Positions 41,401 to 56,400 of a stretch of 64,000 bases of DNA are shown here, piece by piece. Source of the stretch: Gammaproteobacteria bacterium (GTDB lineage Bacteria; Pseudomonadota; Gammaproteobacteria; Eutrophobiales; Eutrophobiaceae); contig OZ220696.1 in the NCBI GenBank assembly GCA_965116495.1, positions 2,464,001 through 2,528,000 on the forward strand, written 5' to 3'. The notes under the pieces are model-generated. The model worked only from the letters and a program-made list of their open reading frames with translations. It did no database searches and was not told the origin of the DNA. The position numbers and the translations under genes were made by a program. Position 1 is the first letter of the stretch. Each line of letters opens with the position of its first letter.

Positions 41401-44400
41401 CACCGCCACGGACAGCGGCGACGGAGTGAATGCCGCCGATGCGGACGACTACACCGCCATCGCCACGGCACAGACGGTGAACTTTGCCAAGGGCGTCGCC
41501 AGTCAGACGGTGGAGGTGCAGACCACCCAGGACGACCTGTTCGAGACGGACGAGACGTTCAAGGCGGTGTTGAGCGCCCCGGCGCTTGGGGAGAACGACC
41601 CCGGCACCGGGGTCAGCATTGAGACGGGCAAGGGCACGGCCACCGGCACGATCAAGAACGACGACACCCAGCCCTCGTTCGCCGTGGCCGATGCCAGTGC
41701 CGCGGAGGGGAACGGCATCACCTTCACGGTGACCCGTTCCGGGGCGATGGACAACGCGGTGTCGGTGAAGTGGAACACCAAGCCGGACACCGGGGCGGGG
41801 GCGGCCGCGGCCACGGACTACACGCCGGTCACAACGCCGACGACGCTGAACTTCGCCAGGGGCGCGAGCAGCCGGACCTTCACGGTCGCCACCACCGAGG
41901 ACGTGCTGGCCGAGGGCAACGAGACCTTCCTGGTGGAGCTGACCGGCGCGGTGGGCGGCACGATTACCACCGCCGAGGCCACCGGCACCATCAATGACGA
42001 TGACGCCGCCCCCACCGGCATCACGTTGTCGGTGGATGCGGACACCGGTACGATGGGAACCCAGACCTCCCTGGCCGAGGAAGGCGGCGTCAAGACGGTG
42101 CGGGTCACGGCCACCATCAACGGCGCCACGCGCTTTGCCACCGCGCAGACGGTTACGGTAACGGTGGGCAAGAACGGCGACTCCGCCACGGAAGGCACGG
42201 ACTATTCCAACGTAGCGGCGCAGAGCATCGAAATCCCCATCGGCGCGGCCAGCGCCTACGTGGAATTCCCGCTCACGCCCACCACCGACGTGTTGTCCGA
42301 GGGAAGCGAGACCATCAGCGTGGACGGCACGCTCACCGGCGTCACGTTCACAAACTCCGCCATCACCATCACGGACGACGACGACGCGCCCAGCGCCATC
42401 ACCTTGTCGGTGGATGCGGACACCGCCACGATGGGAACCCAGACCTCCCTGGCCGAGGAAGGCGGCGTCAAGACGGTGCGGGTTACGGCCACCATCGACG
42501 GCGCCACGCGCTTTGCCACCGCGCAGACGGTTACGGTAACGGTGGGCAAGGACGGCGACTCCGCGACGGCGGGCACGGACTACGCCACGGTGGACGAGCA
42601 GAGCATCGAAATCCCCATCGGAGACGCCAGCGCCTCCGTGGAATTCATGCTCACGCCCACCACCGACGTGCTGTTCGAGGGCAGCGAGACCATAAGCCTG
42701 GACGGCACGCTCACCGGCGTCGCGTTCACCAATACCGCCATCACCATCACGGACGACGACGCGGCGCCCAGCGCGATTACGTTGTCGGTGGACACCAACG
42801 CCGGAGGGGACGGCACGCCGACCACTTTGGCCGAGGGCGCCACGGCCACCACGGTGCGAGTCACCGCAACCATCACCAGCGCCACGCGCTTTGCCACCGA
42901 GCAAACGGTCAAGGTAAAGGTGGGCAAGGACGGCGACTCCGCCACGGAAGGCACGGACTACGCGCTGGTGGCGGACCAGAACATCAAGATCCCCGCGGGC
43001 GCGGCAAGCGCCTATGTGGACTTTCCCCTCACACCCACGCACGACATCCTCGACGAGCCGGATGAGACCATCAGCGTGGACGGCGAGCTGACCGGCGTTA
43101 CGTTTACCGCGGCCACCATCACTATCAACGACGATGACGATGCGCCGGAATTCATTACCCTGGCCGTGGACACCAACGCCGGCGGGAACGGCACGCCGAC
43201 CAGTGTGGGCGAGGAAGCCGGGGCCACCACGGTGCGGGTCACCGCCACCATCACCAGCGCCACGCGCTTTTCGGCCAACCAGCCGGTCACATTCGAAGTG
43301 GGCAAGTCGGCGGACTCCGCCACGGAAGACACGGACTACACCGAGGTCGGCACCCTCACCATCACGATTGACGGGGGTGACGCCAGTGGTTACGTGGACT
43401 TTACCCTCACGCCCACCTCCGATGTGCTCGACGAGCCGAACGAGACCATCAGCGTGCATGGCACGCAAGCCGACATCACGTTTACCGACGCCACCATCAC
43501 CATCACCGACGATGACGCGGCCCCCAGCGGCATCACGCTCAGCGTGGACACCAACGGGTCGACCGCGGGCACGCCGAGCACGGTGGCCGAGGACGCCGGG
43601 GCCACGGTGGTGACGGTCACGGCCACGGTGAACGGCACGACCCGTTACGTGGACGCCAAGACCGTGGTGGTCAGCGTGGCGGACGACACCGCGGCATCAC
43701 CCGCCGACTATGCGGCGGTGACCGACTTCAACATCACCATCGCCGCGGGCGCGGCCAGCCACACCGGCAGCTTCACCGTGACGCCGGTGGACGACGATTT
43801 GGACGAGTCCGACGAGATGATTGACGTCACAGGTACGCTCACCGGCATCACGATCACCCCCGCGACGGTAACGCTTACCGACACCGACGCCCCGGTGAGC
43901 TTCTCGATTGCCGATGCCGAGGCTACCGAGGGCGGCAAGGTCACCTTCACGGTGAGCCGCAAAGGGGCCGAAGACAACGTGGCGGAGGTGAAGGTGGCGA
44001 CTGCGGCGGATTCGGGCGAGGACGTCAATGCCGCCGATGCGGACGACTACACCGCCATCACCACGGCGCAGACATTGAACTTTGCCAAGGACGTTACCAG
44101 CCAGACGGTGGAGGTGCAGACCACGCAGGACGACCTGTTCGAGCCGGACGAGACGTTCCGGGCGGTGCTGAGCGCCCCGGCGCTTGGGGAGGACGACCCC
44201 GGCACCGGGGTGAGCATTGAGACGGGCAAGGGCACGGCCACCGGCACGATCAAGAACGACGACACCGAGCCGTCGTTCGCCGTGGCCGATGCCAGCGCGT
44301 CGGAGGGCGATGCCATCACCTTCACGGTGACCCGCAGCGGGGCCATGGACAACGCGGTGTCGGTGAAGTGGAACACCAAGGCGGACTCCAGCGCTGATGC

Positions 44401-47400
44401 GAACGCGGCATTTGCCAGCGACTACACCCCAGTAACGACGGCGCAGACGCTGACCTTCGCCAAGGGCGTGGGCCGCCAGACCTTCGCGGTCGCCACCACC
44501 GAGGACACCCTGCACGAGGGCGCCGAGACCTTCCTGGTGGAGCTGACCGGCGCGGTGGGCGGCACGATTGCCACCGCCGAGGCCACCGGCACCATCACCG
44601 ACGATGACGCGGCGCCCAGCGGCATCACGCTGACAGTGGCGCCGGCCACGGTCGGCGAGGAGGACGGTAAGACCAAAATCACGGTGACCGCCACGGTGAA
44701 CGGCACGACCCGTTACGTGGACGCCAAGACCGTGACGGTGAGCGTGGGCGGCGGCACGACCATTTCGGGCACCGACTACGGCGCGGTGGAGAACTTCGAC
44801 ATCGCCATCGCCGCGGGCGACACCAGCAAAGCGGGCACCTTCGACCTGACGCCCACCGACGATGACCTGCACGAGGGCAACGAGACGATTGACGTTACCG
44901 GTACCTCGGGCGCACTCACCATCACCAAGGCTTCGATCACCCTTGAAGACGACGACGTTCAACCCTCGTTTGCGGTGGCCGACGCGAGCGCGGCGGAGGG
45001 TGATGCGATCACCTTTACGGTCACTCGGTCCGGCGCCATGGACAACGCGGTGTCGGTGAAGTGGAACACCAAGGCGGACTCCAGCGATGGGGCGAACGCG
45101 GCATCAGCCACCGACTACACCGAGATGACCACGGCGACGAAGCTGGATTTCGCCAAGGGCGTGAGCAGCCAGAGCTTCACCGTCGCCACCACCGAGGACA
45201 CGCTGAACGAGGCCGACGAGACCTTCCTGATAGAACTGACCGAGCCGGTTGGCGCCACGATTACCGACGCCGAGGCCACCGGCACCATCACCAACGACGA
45301 CGCGGCCCCGACCACCCTCACGCTCGCCGTCGATGCCGACAACGACACCGAGAACGTTCAGTCCTCGCTCGCCGAGAACGGCGGCGCGAAGACCGTCAAG
45401 GTCACCGCCACGCTCGGCGGCTCGACCCAGTTCGACGTTGACAAGACCTTGACGCTGATCGTCGGCGACGACGATGACAGCGCCACCGAAGGCACGGACT
45501 ACACGAACGTCGCCGACGTCACCCTCACCATCCCCGCCGGCGACCAGGACGTTGAGCACACTTTCACCCTCACGCCCACCGACGACGCCTTCAACGAGGC
45601 GAGCGAGACCATCTCCTTCGACGCCACTCTCGCCAGCGTCATGGTTACCGGCGCCAGTATCACGCTGACCAGCGACGACGCCGCACCGGCGATCACGCTC
45701 ACTGTCGATGCCGACAAGGACACCGACAACGTGCAGACATCCCTCGCCGAGGACGGCGGCATGAAGACCGTGCGGGTGACCGCGGCGCTCGACGGCACCA
45801 CCCGCCTCGAAGCCGCCGCGGATCTCACGCTGGCCGTCGGCAAGAGCAGCGACAGCGCGGTGGAAGGCACCGACTACACCACCGTCGCCGACCGGACCAT
45901 CACCATCGGCGCCGGAGTCGCCAGCGTCACAGACGATTTCACGCTCACACCCACCGATGACGACTTGTATGAAGGCAGCGAAACGATCAGCCTGGACGGG
46001 ACGCTGACCGGCGTGGCGGTGACGGACACTTCGATTACGCTCACCGACGACGACACCCAGCCGTCGTTTGCGGTGGCCGATGCGAGTGCGGCGGAGGGCG
46101 ACGCCATTACCTTCACGGTGACCCGCAGCGGTGCGATGGACAATGTGGTGTCGGTGAAGTGGAACACCAAGGCGGCGACCGGAGCAGGCGCGGCGGCTAC
46201 CACCGACTACACCGCGATGACCGCGGCGACGAAGCTGGATTTCGCCAAGGGCGTGGGCACTCAGACCTTCGCGGTCGCCACCACCGAGGATGTGCTGGAC
46301 GAGGGCAACGAGACCTTCCTGGTGGAGCTGACCGAGCCGGTCGGCGCCATCATCAGTGATGCCGAGGCCACCGGCACCATCAATGACGATGACGCGGCCC
46401 CCAGCGGCATCACGCTCAGCGTGGACACCAACGGCGCCGAGGACGGCACGCCGAGCACGGTGGCCGAGGACGCCGGGGCCACGGTGGTCACGGTGACGGC
46501 CACGGTGAACGGCACCACGCGCTACGTGGACGCCAAGACCGTGGCGGTGAGCGTGGATGACGGCACAGCCGCCTCCCCGGCGGACTATGCCGAGGTGAGC
46601 GGCTTCAACATCACCATCGCCGCGGGCGCGGCCAGCCACACCGGCAGCTTCACCGTGACGCCGGTGGACGACGACCTCGACGAGCCCAACGAGACGATTG
46701 GCGTCACAGGCACGCTGACGGACGTCACGATTACCGGCGCCACGGTCACCCTCACCGACACCGACGCCCCGGTGAGTTTCTCGATTGCCGATGCCGAGGC
46801 CACCGAGGGCGGCAAGGTCACCTTCACGGTGAGCCGCAAAGGGGCCGGTGACAACGTAGCGTCGGTGAAGGTTGCAACCGCGGCGGACTCGGGTGACGGC
46901 GTTAAAGCCGCCGATGCGGACGACTACACCGCCATCACCACGGCGCAGACGTTGAACTTTGCCGCCGGGACCACCAGCCAGACGGTGGAGGTGCAGACCA
47001 CCCAGGACGACCTATTCGAGACGGACGAGACGTTCCGGGCGGTCCTGAGCGCCCCGGCGCTGGCCGATGGGGACCCCGGCACCGGGGTAACCATCGAGAC
47101 AGGCAAGGGCACGGCCACCGGCACCATCAAGAACGACGACACCGAGCCGTCGTTCGCCGTGGCCGACGCGAGCGCATCGGAGGGCGATGCCATCACCTTC
47201 ACGGTGACCCGCAGCGGCGCGATGGACAACGCGGTGTCGGTGAAGTGGAACACCAAGGCGGACTCCAGCGAGGGGGCGAACGCGGCCTCGGCCAGCGACT
47301 ACACCGCGGTGACGATGGCGACGACACTGACCTTCGCCAAGGGCGTGGGCCGCCAGACCTTCGCGGTCGCCACCACCGAGGATGTGCTGGACGAGGGCGC

Positions 47401-50400
47401 CGAGACCTTCCTGGTGGAGCTGACCGGGGCGGTCGGCGCCACGATTGCCACCGCCGAGGCCACCGGCACCATCACCGACGATGACGCGGCCCCCAGCGGC
47501 ATCACGTTGAGCGTGGACACCAACGGCGCCGAGGACGGCACGCCGAGCACGGTGGCGGAGGACGCCGGGGCCACGGTGGTCACGGTCACGGCCACGGTGA
47601 ACGGCACGACGCGCTACGTGGACGCCAAGACCGTGGTGGTCAGCGTGGATGACGACACCGCGGCAGCGCCCGCCGACTATGCCGCGGTGACCGACTTCAA
47701 CATCACCATCGCCGCGGGCGCCGCCAGCCAGACCGGCAGCTTCACCGTGACGCCGGTGGACGACGATTTGGACGAGTCCGACGAGATGATTGACGTCACA
47801 GGCACGCTGACGGACGTCACGATTACCGGCGCCACGGTCACCCTCACCGACACCGACGCCCCGGTGAGCTTCTCGATTGCCGATGCGGAAGCTACCGAGG
47901 GCGGTAAGGTCACCTTTACGGTGAGCCGCGGCGGGGCTGAAGACAACGTGGCGTCGGTGAAGGTTGCAACCGCGGCGGACTCGGGTGACGGCGTTAAAGC
48001 CGCGGGCACGGACGATTACACCGCCATTTCCCCGGCGCAGACGTTGAACTTTGCCAAGGGCGTTACCAGCCAGACGGTGGAGGTGCAGACCACCCAGGAC
48101 GACCTGTTCGAGCCGGACGAGACGTTCCGGGCGGTCCTGAGCGCCCCGGCCCTGGCGGAGAACGACCCCGGCACCGGGGTAACCATCGAGACGGGCAAGG
48201 GCACGGCCGTCGGCACCATCAAGAACGACGACACCGAGCCGTCGTTCGCCGTGGCCGATGCCAGCGCGTCGGAGGGCGATGCCATCACCTTCACGGTGAC
48301 CCGCAGCGGGGCCATGGACAACGCGGTGTCGGTGAAGTGGAACACCAAGGCGGACTCCAGCGCTGATGCGAACGCGGCATTTGCCAGCGACTACACCCCA
48401 GTAACGACGGCGCAGACGCTGACCTTCGCCAAGGGCGTGGGCCGCCAGACCTTCGCGGTCGCCACCACCGAGGACACCCTGCACGAGGGCAACGAGACCT
48501 TCCTGGTGGAGCTGACCGGCGCGGTCGGCGCCACGATTGCCACGGCCCAGGCCACCGGCACCATCAATGACGACGATGCCGCCCCCACCGGCATCACGTT
48601 GACGGTGTCGCCGACCACGGTCGGGGAGGAGGACGGCGAGACCGAGATCACGGTGACCGCCACGGTGAACGGCACGACGCGTTACGTGGACGCGAAGACG
48701 GTGACAGTGAGCGTCGGCGGCGGCACGGCGACATCGGACACGGACTACGATGCCGTGGCGAACTTCGACATCGTCATCGCCGCGGGCGATGCAAGCAAAG
48801 CGGGCACCTTCGACCTGACGCCGACGCAGGACGATCTGCACGAGGGCAGCGAGACGATCAACCTGGACGGGACGGTGACGGGCGTGACGGTGACGGACGT
48901 ATCGCTCACGCTGACCGACGACGACGGCCAGCCCTCGTTTGCGGTGGCCGACGCGAGCGCGTCGGAGGGCGATGTGATCACCTTTACGGTGACCCGTTCC
49001 GGCGCCATGGACAACGCGGTGTCGGTGAAGTGGAACACCAAGGCGGACTCCAGCGATGGGGCGAACGCGGCATCAGCCACCGACTACACCGAGATGACCA
49101 CGGCGACGAAGCTGGATTTCGCCAGCGGCGCGAGCAGCCAGACCTTCACGGTCGCCACCACCGAGGACACGCTGAACGAGGCCGACGAGACCTTCCTGAT
49201 AGAGCTGACCGAGCCGGTTGGCGCCACGATTACCGACGCCGAGGCCACCGGCACCATCACCAACGACGACGCGGCCCCCACCACCCTCACGCTCGCCGTC
49301 GATGCCGACAACGACACCGAGAATGTTCAGTCCTCGCTCGCCGAGAACGGCGGCGCGAAGACCGTCAAGGTCACCGCCACGCTCGGCGGCTCGACCCAGT
49401 TCGACGTTGACAAGACCTTGACGCTGATCGTCGGCGACGACGATGACAGCGCCACCGAAGGCACGGACTACACGAACGTCGCCGACGTCACCCTCACCAT
49501 CCCCGCCGGCGACCAGGACGTTGAGCACACTTTCACCCTCACGCCCACCGACGACGCCTTCAACGAGGCGAGCGAGACCATCTCCTTCGACGCCACTCTC
49601 GCCAGCGTCATGGTTACCGGCGCCAGTATCACGCTGACCAGCGACGACGCCGCACCGGCGATCACGCTCACTGTCGATGCCGACAAGGACACCGACAACG
49701 TGCAGACATCCCTCGCCGAGGACGGCGGCATGAAGACCGTGCGGGTGACCGCGGCGCTCGACGGCACCACCCGCCTCGAAGCCGCCGCGGATCTCACGCT
49801 GGCCGTCGGCAAGAGCAGCGACAGCGCGGTGGAAGGCACCGACTACACCACCGTCGCCGACCGGACCATCACCATCGGCGCCGGAGTCGCCAGCGTCATA
49901 CACGATTTCACACTCACGCCTACCAACGACGACATAGACGAGCCCAATGAGGGCATCAGTATTGAAGGCACGCTGACCGGCGTCACTGTCACCGGGACGG
50001 CCATCACTCTCACCGACGACGAGGTCACGCCCACGGTCACCCTGGCGTTGACGCCAACCGCCATTGACGAGTCCGGCGACGACAATGCGACCACGGTGAC
50101 CGCAACCCTGAGCGGCGCATCGAGCCAGGCGGTGACCCTGACCGTCGCGGCTACGGCCGTGTCGCCGGCGGCCGCGGGCGACTTCACCCTCAGCGGCACG
50201 ACCCTGACGATTGCGGCGGGTGTGACCACCAGCACGGGCACGGTGACCATCACGGCGGTGGACAACGATGTGGATGCGGCCAACAAGACCGTCACCGTCT
50301 CGGCCACTGCGACCGGCGGCAACGGCATCGCCAGCCCGGGCAACGCGACGCTGACGATTACCGACGACGATGAGCGCGGCGTGACGGTGGCGGGCGACCC

Positions 50401-53400
50401 CTTGAGCATGGACGAGGCGGATAACGCGGGGACAGCGGGCACCCGCGAGGACCAGGACAGTTACACGGTGGTGCTGGACAGCGAGCCGACCGACGACGTA
50501 CGCATTGACCTCACTGCGCCGGCCATGGTGACGCTGAGCGCAACAAGCCTCACCTTCACCCCGTCGAACTGGGACCAGGCGCAGACGGTGACGGCGACGG
50601 CGGTGGACGACGCCATCGACAATGCCGGCGATGCGCGCGCCGGCAACATCGAGCACGCGGTGGTGGCGGGCTCGTCGGACTACACCGGCGTCGCGGCGGC
50701 GGACGTGGCGGTGACCGTGAACGACAATGACGGCACGCCGACGGTCACCCTGGCGTTGACGCCAACCGCCATTGACGAGTCCGGCGACGACAATGCGACC
50801 ACGGTGACCGCAACCCTGAGCGGCGCATCGAGCCAGGCGGTGACCCTGACCGTCGCGGCTACGGCCGTGTCGCCGGCGGCCGCGGGCGACTTCACCCTCA
50901 GCGGCACGACCCTGACGATTGCGGCGGGTGTGACCACCAGCACGGGCACGGTGACCATCACGGCGGTGGACAACGATGTGGATGCGGCCAACAAGACCGT
51001 CACCGTCTCGGCCACTGCGACCGGCGGCAACGGCATCGCCAGCCCGGGCAACGCGACGCTGACGATTACCGACGACGATGAGCGCGGCGTGACGGTGGCG
51101 GGCGACCCCTTGAGCATGGACGAGGCGGATAACGCGGGGACAGCGGGCACCCGCGAGGACCAGGACAGTTACACGGTGGTGCTGGACAGCGAGCCGACCG
51201 ACGACGTACGCATTGACCTCACTGCGCCGGCCATGGTGACGCTGAGCGCAACAAGCCTCACCTTCACCCCGTCGAACTGGGACCAGGCGCAGACGGTGAC
51301 GGCGACGGCGGTGGACGACGCCATCGACAATGCCGGCGATGCGCGCGCCGGCAACATCGAGCACGCGGTGGTGGCGGGCTCGTCGGACTACACCGGCGTC
51401 GCGGCGGCGGACGTGGCGGTGACCGTGAACGACAATGACGGCACGCCGACGGTGAGGCTGGCGTTGACGCCAACCGCCATTGACGAGTCCGGCGACGACA
51501 ATGCGACCACGGTGACCGCAACCCTGAGCGGCGCATCGAGCCAGGCGGTGACCCTGACCGTCGCGGCTACGGCCGTGTCGCCGGCGGCCGCGGGCGACTT
51601 CACCCTCAGCGGCACGACCCTGACGATTGCGGCGGGTGTGACCACCAGCACGGGCACGGTGACCATCACGGCGGTGGACAACGATGTGGATGCGGCCAAC
51701 AAGACCGTCACCGTCTCGGCCACTGCGACCGGCGGCAACGGCATCGCCAGCCCGGGCAACGCGACGCTGACGATTACCGACGACGATGAGCGCGGCGTGA
51801 CGGTGGCGGGCGACCCCTTGAGCATGGACGAGGCGGATAACGCGGGGACAGCGGGCACCCGCGAGGACCAGGACAGTTACACGGTGGTGCTGGACAGCGA
51901 GCCGACCGACGACGTACGCATTGACCTCACTGCGCCGGCCATGGTGACGCTGAGCGCAACAAGCCTCACCTTCACCCCGTCGAACTGGGACCAGGCGCAG
52001 ACGGTGACGGCGACGGCGGTGGACGACGCCATCGACAATGCCGGCGATGCGCGCGCCGGCAACATCGAGCACGCGGTGGTGGCGGGCTCGTCGGACTACA
52101 CCGGCGTCGCGGCGGCGGACGTGGCGGTGACCGTGAACGACAATGACGGCACGCCGACGGTGAGGCTGGCGTTGACGCCAACCGCCATTGACGAGTCCGG
52201 CGACGACAATGCGACCACGGTGACCGCAACCCTGAGCGGCGCATCGAGCCAGGCGGTGACCCTGACCGTCGCGGCTACGGCCGTGTCGCCGGCGGCCGCG
52301 GGCGACTTCACCCTCAGCGGCACGACCCTGACGATTGCGGCGGGTGTGACCACCAGCACGGGCACGGTGACCATCACGGCGGTGGACAACGATGTGGATG
52401 CGGCCAACAAGACCGTCACCGTCTCGGCCACTGCGACCGGCGGCAACGGCATCGCCAGCCCGGGCAACGCGACGCTGACGATTACCGACGACGATGAGCG
52501 CGGCGTGACGGTGGCGGGCGACCCCTTGAGCATGGACGAGGCGGATAACGCGGGGACAGCGGGCACCCGCGAGGACCAGGACAGTTACACGGTGGTGCTG
52601 GACAGCGAGCCGACCGACGACGTACGCATTGACCTCACTGCGCCGGCCATGGTGACGCTGAGCGCAACAAGCCTCACCTTCACCCCGTCGAACTGGGACC
52701 AGGCGCAGACGGTGACGGCGACGGCGGTGGACGACGCCATCGACAATGCCGGCGATGCGCGCGCCGGCAACATCGAGCACGCGGTGGTGGCGGGCTCGTC
52801 GGACTACACCGGCGTCGCGGCGGCGGACGTGGCGGTGACCGTGAACGACAATGACGGCACGCCGACGGTCACCCTGGCGTTGACGCCAACCGCCATTGAC
52901 GAGTCCGGCGACGACAATGCGACCACGGTGACCGCAACCCTGAGCGGCGCATCGAGCCAGGCGGTGACCCTGACCGTCGCGGCTACGGCCGTGTCGCCGG
53001 CGGCCGCGGGCGACTTCACCCTCAGCGGCACGACCCTGACGATTGCGGCGGGTGTGACCACCAGCACGGGCACGGTGACCATCACGGCGGTGGACAACGA
53101 TGTGGATGCGGCCAACAAGACCGTCACCGTCTCGGCCACTGCGACCGGCGGCAACGGCATCGCCAGCCCGGGCAACGCGACGCTGACGATTACCGACGAC
53201 GATGAGCGCGGCGTGACGGTGGCGGGCGACCCCTTGAGCATGGACGAGGCGGATAACGCGGGGACAGCGGGCACCCGCGAGGACCAGGACAGTTACACGG
53301 TGGTGCTGGACAGCGAGCCGACCGACGACGTACGCATTGACCTCACTGCGCCGGCCATGGTGACGCTGAGCGCAACAAGCCTCACCTTCACCCCGTCGAA

Positions 53401-56400
53401 CTGGGACCAGGCGCAGACGGTGACGGCGACGGCGGTGGACGACGCCATCGACAATGCCGGCGATGCGCGCGCCGGCAACATCGAGCACGCGGTGGTGGCG
53501 GGCTCGTCGGACTACACCGGCGTCGCGGCGGCGGACGTGGCGGTGACCGTGAACGACAATGACGGCACGCCGACGGTCACCCTGGCGTTGACGCCAACCG
53601 CCATTGACGAGTCCGGCGACGACAATGCGACCACGGTGACCGCAACCCTGAGCGGCGCATCGAGCCAGGCGGTGACCCTGACCGTCGCGGCTACGGCCGT
53701 GTCGCCGGCGGCCGCGGGCGACTTCACCCTCAGCGGCACGACCCTGACGATTGCGGCGGGTGTGACCACCAGCACGGGCACGGTGACCATCACGGCGGTG
53801 GACAACGATGTGGATGCGGCCAACAAGACGGTGACGGTCTCGGCCACCGCCAGCGGTGGTGGCGTCGCCAACCCGGACAATCAGACCCTGACGATCAACG
53901 ACGACGAGGGCACGCCTACGGTCACCCTGGTGTTGACGCCCACCACCATCGACGAGAGCGGGGATGACAACGCCAGCACGGTGACGGCGATGCTGTCGGG
54001 CAAGTCGAGCGCGGCGGTGACGGTGACGGTCTCGGTGCCGAACGATGCCCCGGTCACGTTGAGCAACAACGCCGCGCTGAGCATTGCGGCGGGTGCGACC
54101 ACCAGCACCGGCGCGGTGACGATTACGGCGGTGGACAACGACGTGGACGCCCCGAACAAGACGGTGACGGTCTCGGCCACCGCCAGCGGCAGGGACGTCG
54201 CCAACCCGGCCAGTCAGACCCTGACCATCACCGACGATGACGCGGCGCCCGGCGGCATCACGCTCTCGGTTTCCCCCACTGCGGTGGGCGAGGAGGACGG
54301 CGAGACCGAAATCACGGTGACCGCCACCGTGAACGGCACCACGCGTTACGCGGACGCCAAAACGGTGACGGTGAGCGTGGGCGGCGGCACGGCGATTTCG
54401 GGCACGGACTACGACGCCGTGGCGAACTTCGACATTACCATCGCCGCGGGCGATGCGAGCAAAACCGGCACCTTCGACCTGACGCCCATCAACGACGTCC
54501 TGGACGAGGCGAACGAGACGATCAACGTAACGGGCACATCCGGCAGTCTGACCATCACCTCAACCACGGTCACCATCAACGACGATGACGACGCGCCCGG
54601 CGCAATCACGATTTCGGTGGACGCGGACACCGGCACGGACGGCACGCAAACAACCATCGCGGAGAACGGTGGCGGCAAGACCGTCAGGGTTACTGCAACC
54701 ATCACCGGCGAGACGAGGTTTGTCGAAGCCAAGACGGTGACGGTGGAGGTGGGCGCGGATGCCGACAGCGCCACGGAGGGCGCGGACTACACGACAGTGG
54801 CGCGCCGGAGCATCACCATCGATGCGGGGGCCGCGAGCGGATACGTGGAGTTCACGCTGACGCCGACGCAGGATGTGCTGCACGAGGGCAACGAGACGAT
54901 CAGCCTGGACGGGACACTGACGGGCGTGACGGTGACGGATGCCACGATCACGCTGACCGACGATGACGCGGCGCCCAGCGGCATCACGTTGATGGTATCG
55001 CCGACCACGGTCGGGGAGGGGGCCGGCGAGACCGAGATCACGGTGACCGCCACGGTGAACGGCACGACGCGTTACGTGGACGCGAAGACGGTGACAGTGA
55101 GCGTCGGCGGCGGCACGGCGACATCGGACACGGACTACGATGCCGTGGCGAACTTCGACATCGTCATCGCCGCGGGCGATGCAAGCAAAGCGGGCGCCTT
55201 CGACCTGACGCCGACGCAGGACGATCTGCACGAGGGCAGCGAGACGATCAACCTGGACGGGACGGTGACGGGCGTGACGGTGACGGACACCTCGCTCACT
55301 CTGACTGACGACGACGGTCAGCCCTCGTTTGCGGTGGCCGACGCCAGCGCGTCGGAGGGCGATGTGATCACCTTTACGGTGACCCGCTCCGGGGCGATGG
55401 ACAACGCGGTGTCCGTGAAGTGGAACACCAAGGCGGACACCGGGGCGGGAGCGGCGGCCACCACCGACTACAGCGCGATGACCACGGCGACGAAGCTGGA
55501 TTTCGCCAGCGGCGCGAGCAGCCAGACCTTCACGGTCGCCACCACCGAGGACACCCTGCACGAGGGCAACGAGACCTTCCTGGTGGAGTTGACCGAGCCG
55601 GTCGGCGGCATTATCAGCGATGCCGAAGCCACCGGCACCATCACCGACGACGACGCGGCCCCCACGGCGCTGACACTGTCGGTGGACGCGGATACGGGCA
55701 CGATGGGAACCCAGACCTCCCTGGCCGAGGATGGCGGCGCCAAGACGGTGCGGGTAACGGCCACGCTGGGCGGCAGCTCGACCTTCGCCGAGGCCAAGAC
55801 GGTGACGGTGGAGGTGGGTCCGGACGCCGACGGCGCGACGGAGGGGACGGACTACACGGAGGTGACGAGCAAGAGCATCACGATCAATGCGGGCTCCTTG
55901 AGCGGCTATGTGGATTTCACGCTCACGCCTACCGACGACGATATAGACGAGCCCAACGAGGGCATCAGCATAGAAGGCACGCTGACCGGCATCACCGTCG
56001 CCGGGACATCCATCACCCTCACGGACGACGAGGGCACGCCCACGGTCACCCTGGTGTTGACGCCAAGCACCATCAACGAGAGCGGGGATGACAACGCCAG
56101 CACGGTGACGGCGACCCTTTCGGGCGAGTCCAGCGCCGCGGTGACGGTGGAGGTCTCGGTGCCTAACACTGCCCCGGTCACGTTGAGCAACAACACAACC
56201 CTGACCATCGCGGCGGGCTCGAAGGCCAGCACCGGCGCGGTGACGATTACGGCGGTGGACAATGACGTGGACGCGCCGAATGCGTCGGTCGTGGTGTCGG
56301 GCGCGGCGTCGGGCGGCGGCGTTGCCGTTGCCAACCCGGAGAATCAGACGCTCACCATCACGGACGACGAGGGCACGCCCACCGTGACCCTGGTGTTGAC

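Noticed and set aside
50033-53829. Diversity-generating retroelement template/variable repeats
   Set aside because: No reverse transcriptase and no adenine-specific differences; these are simple tandem copies.
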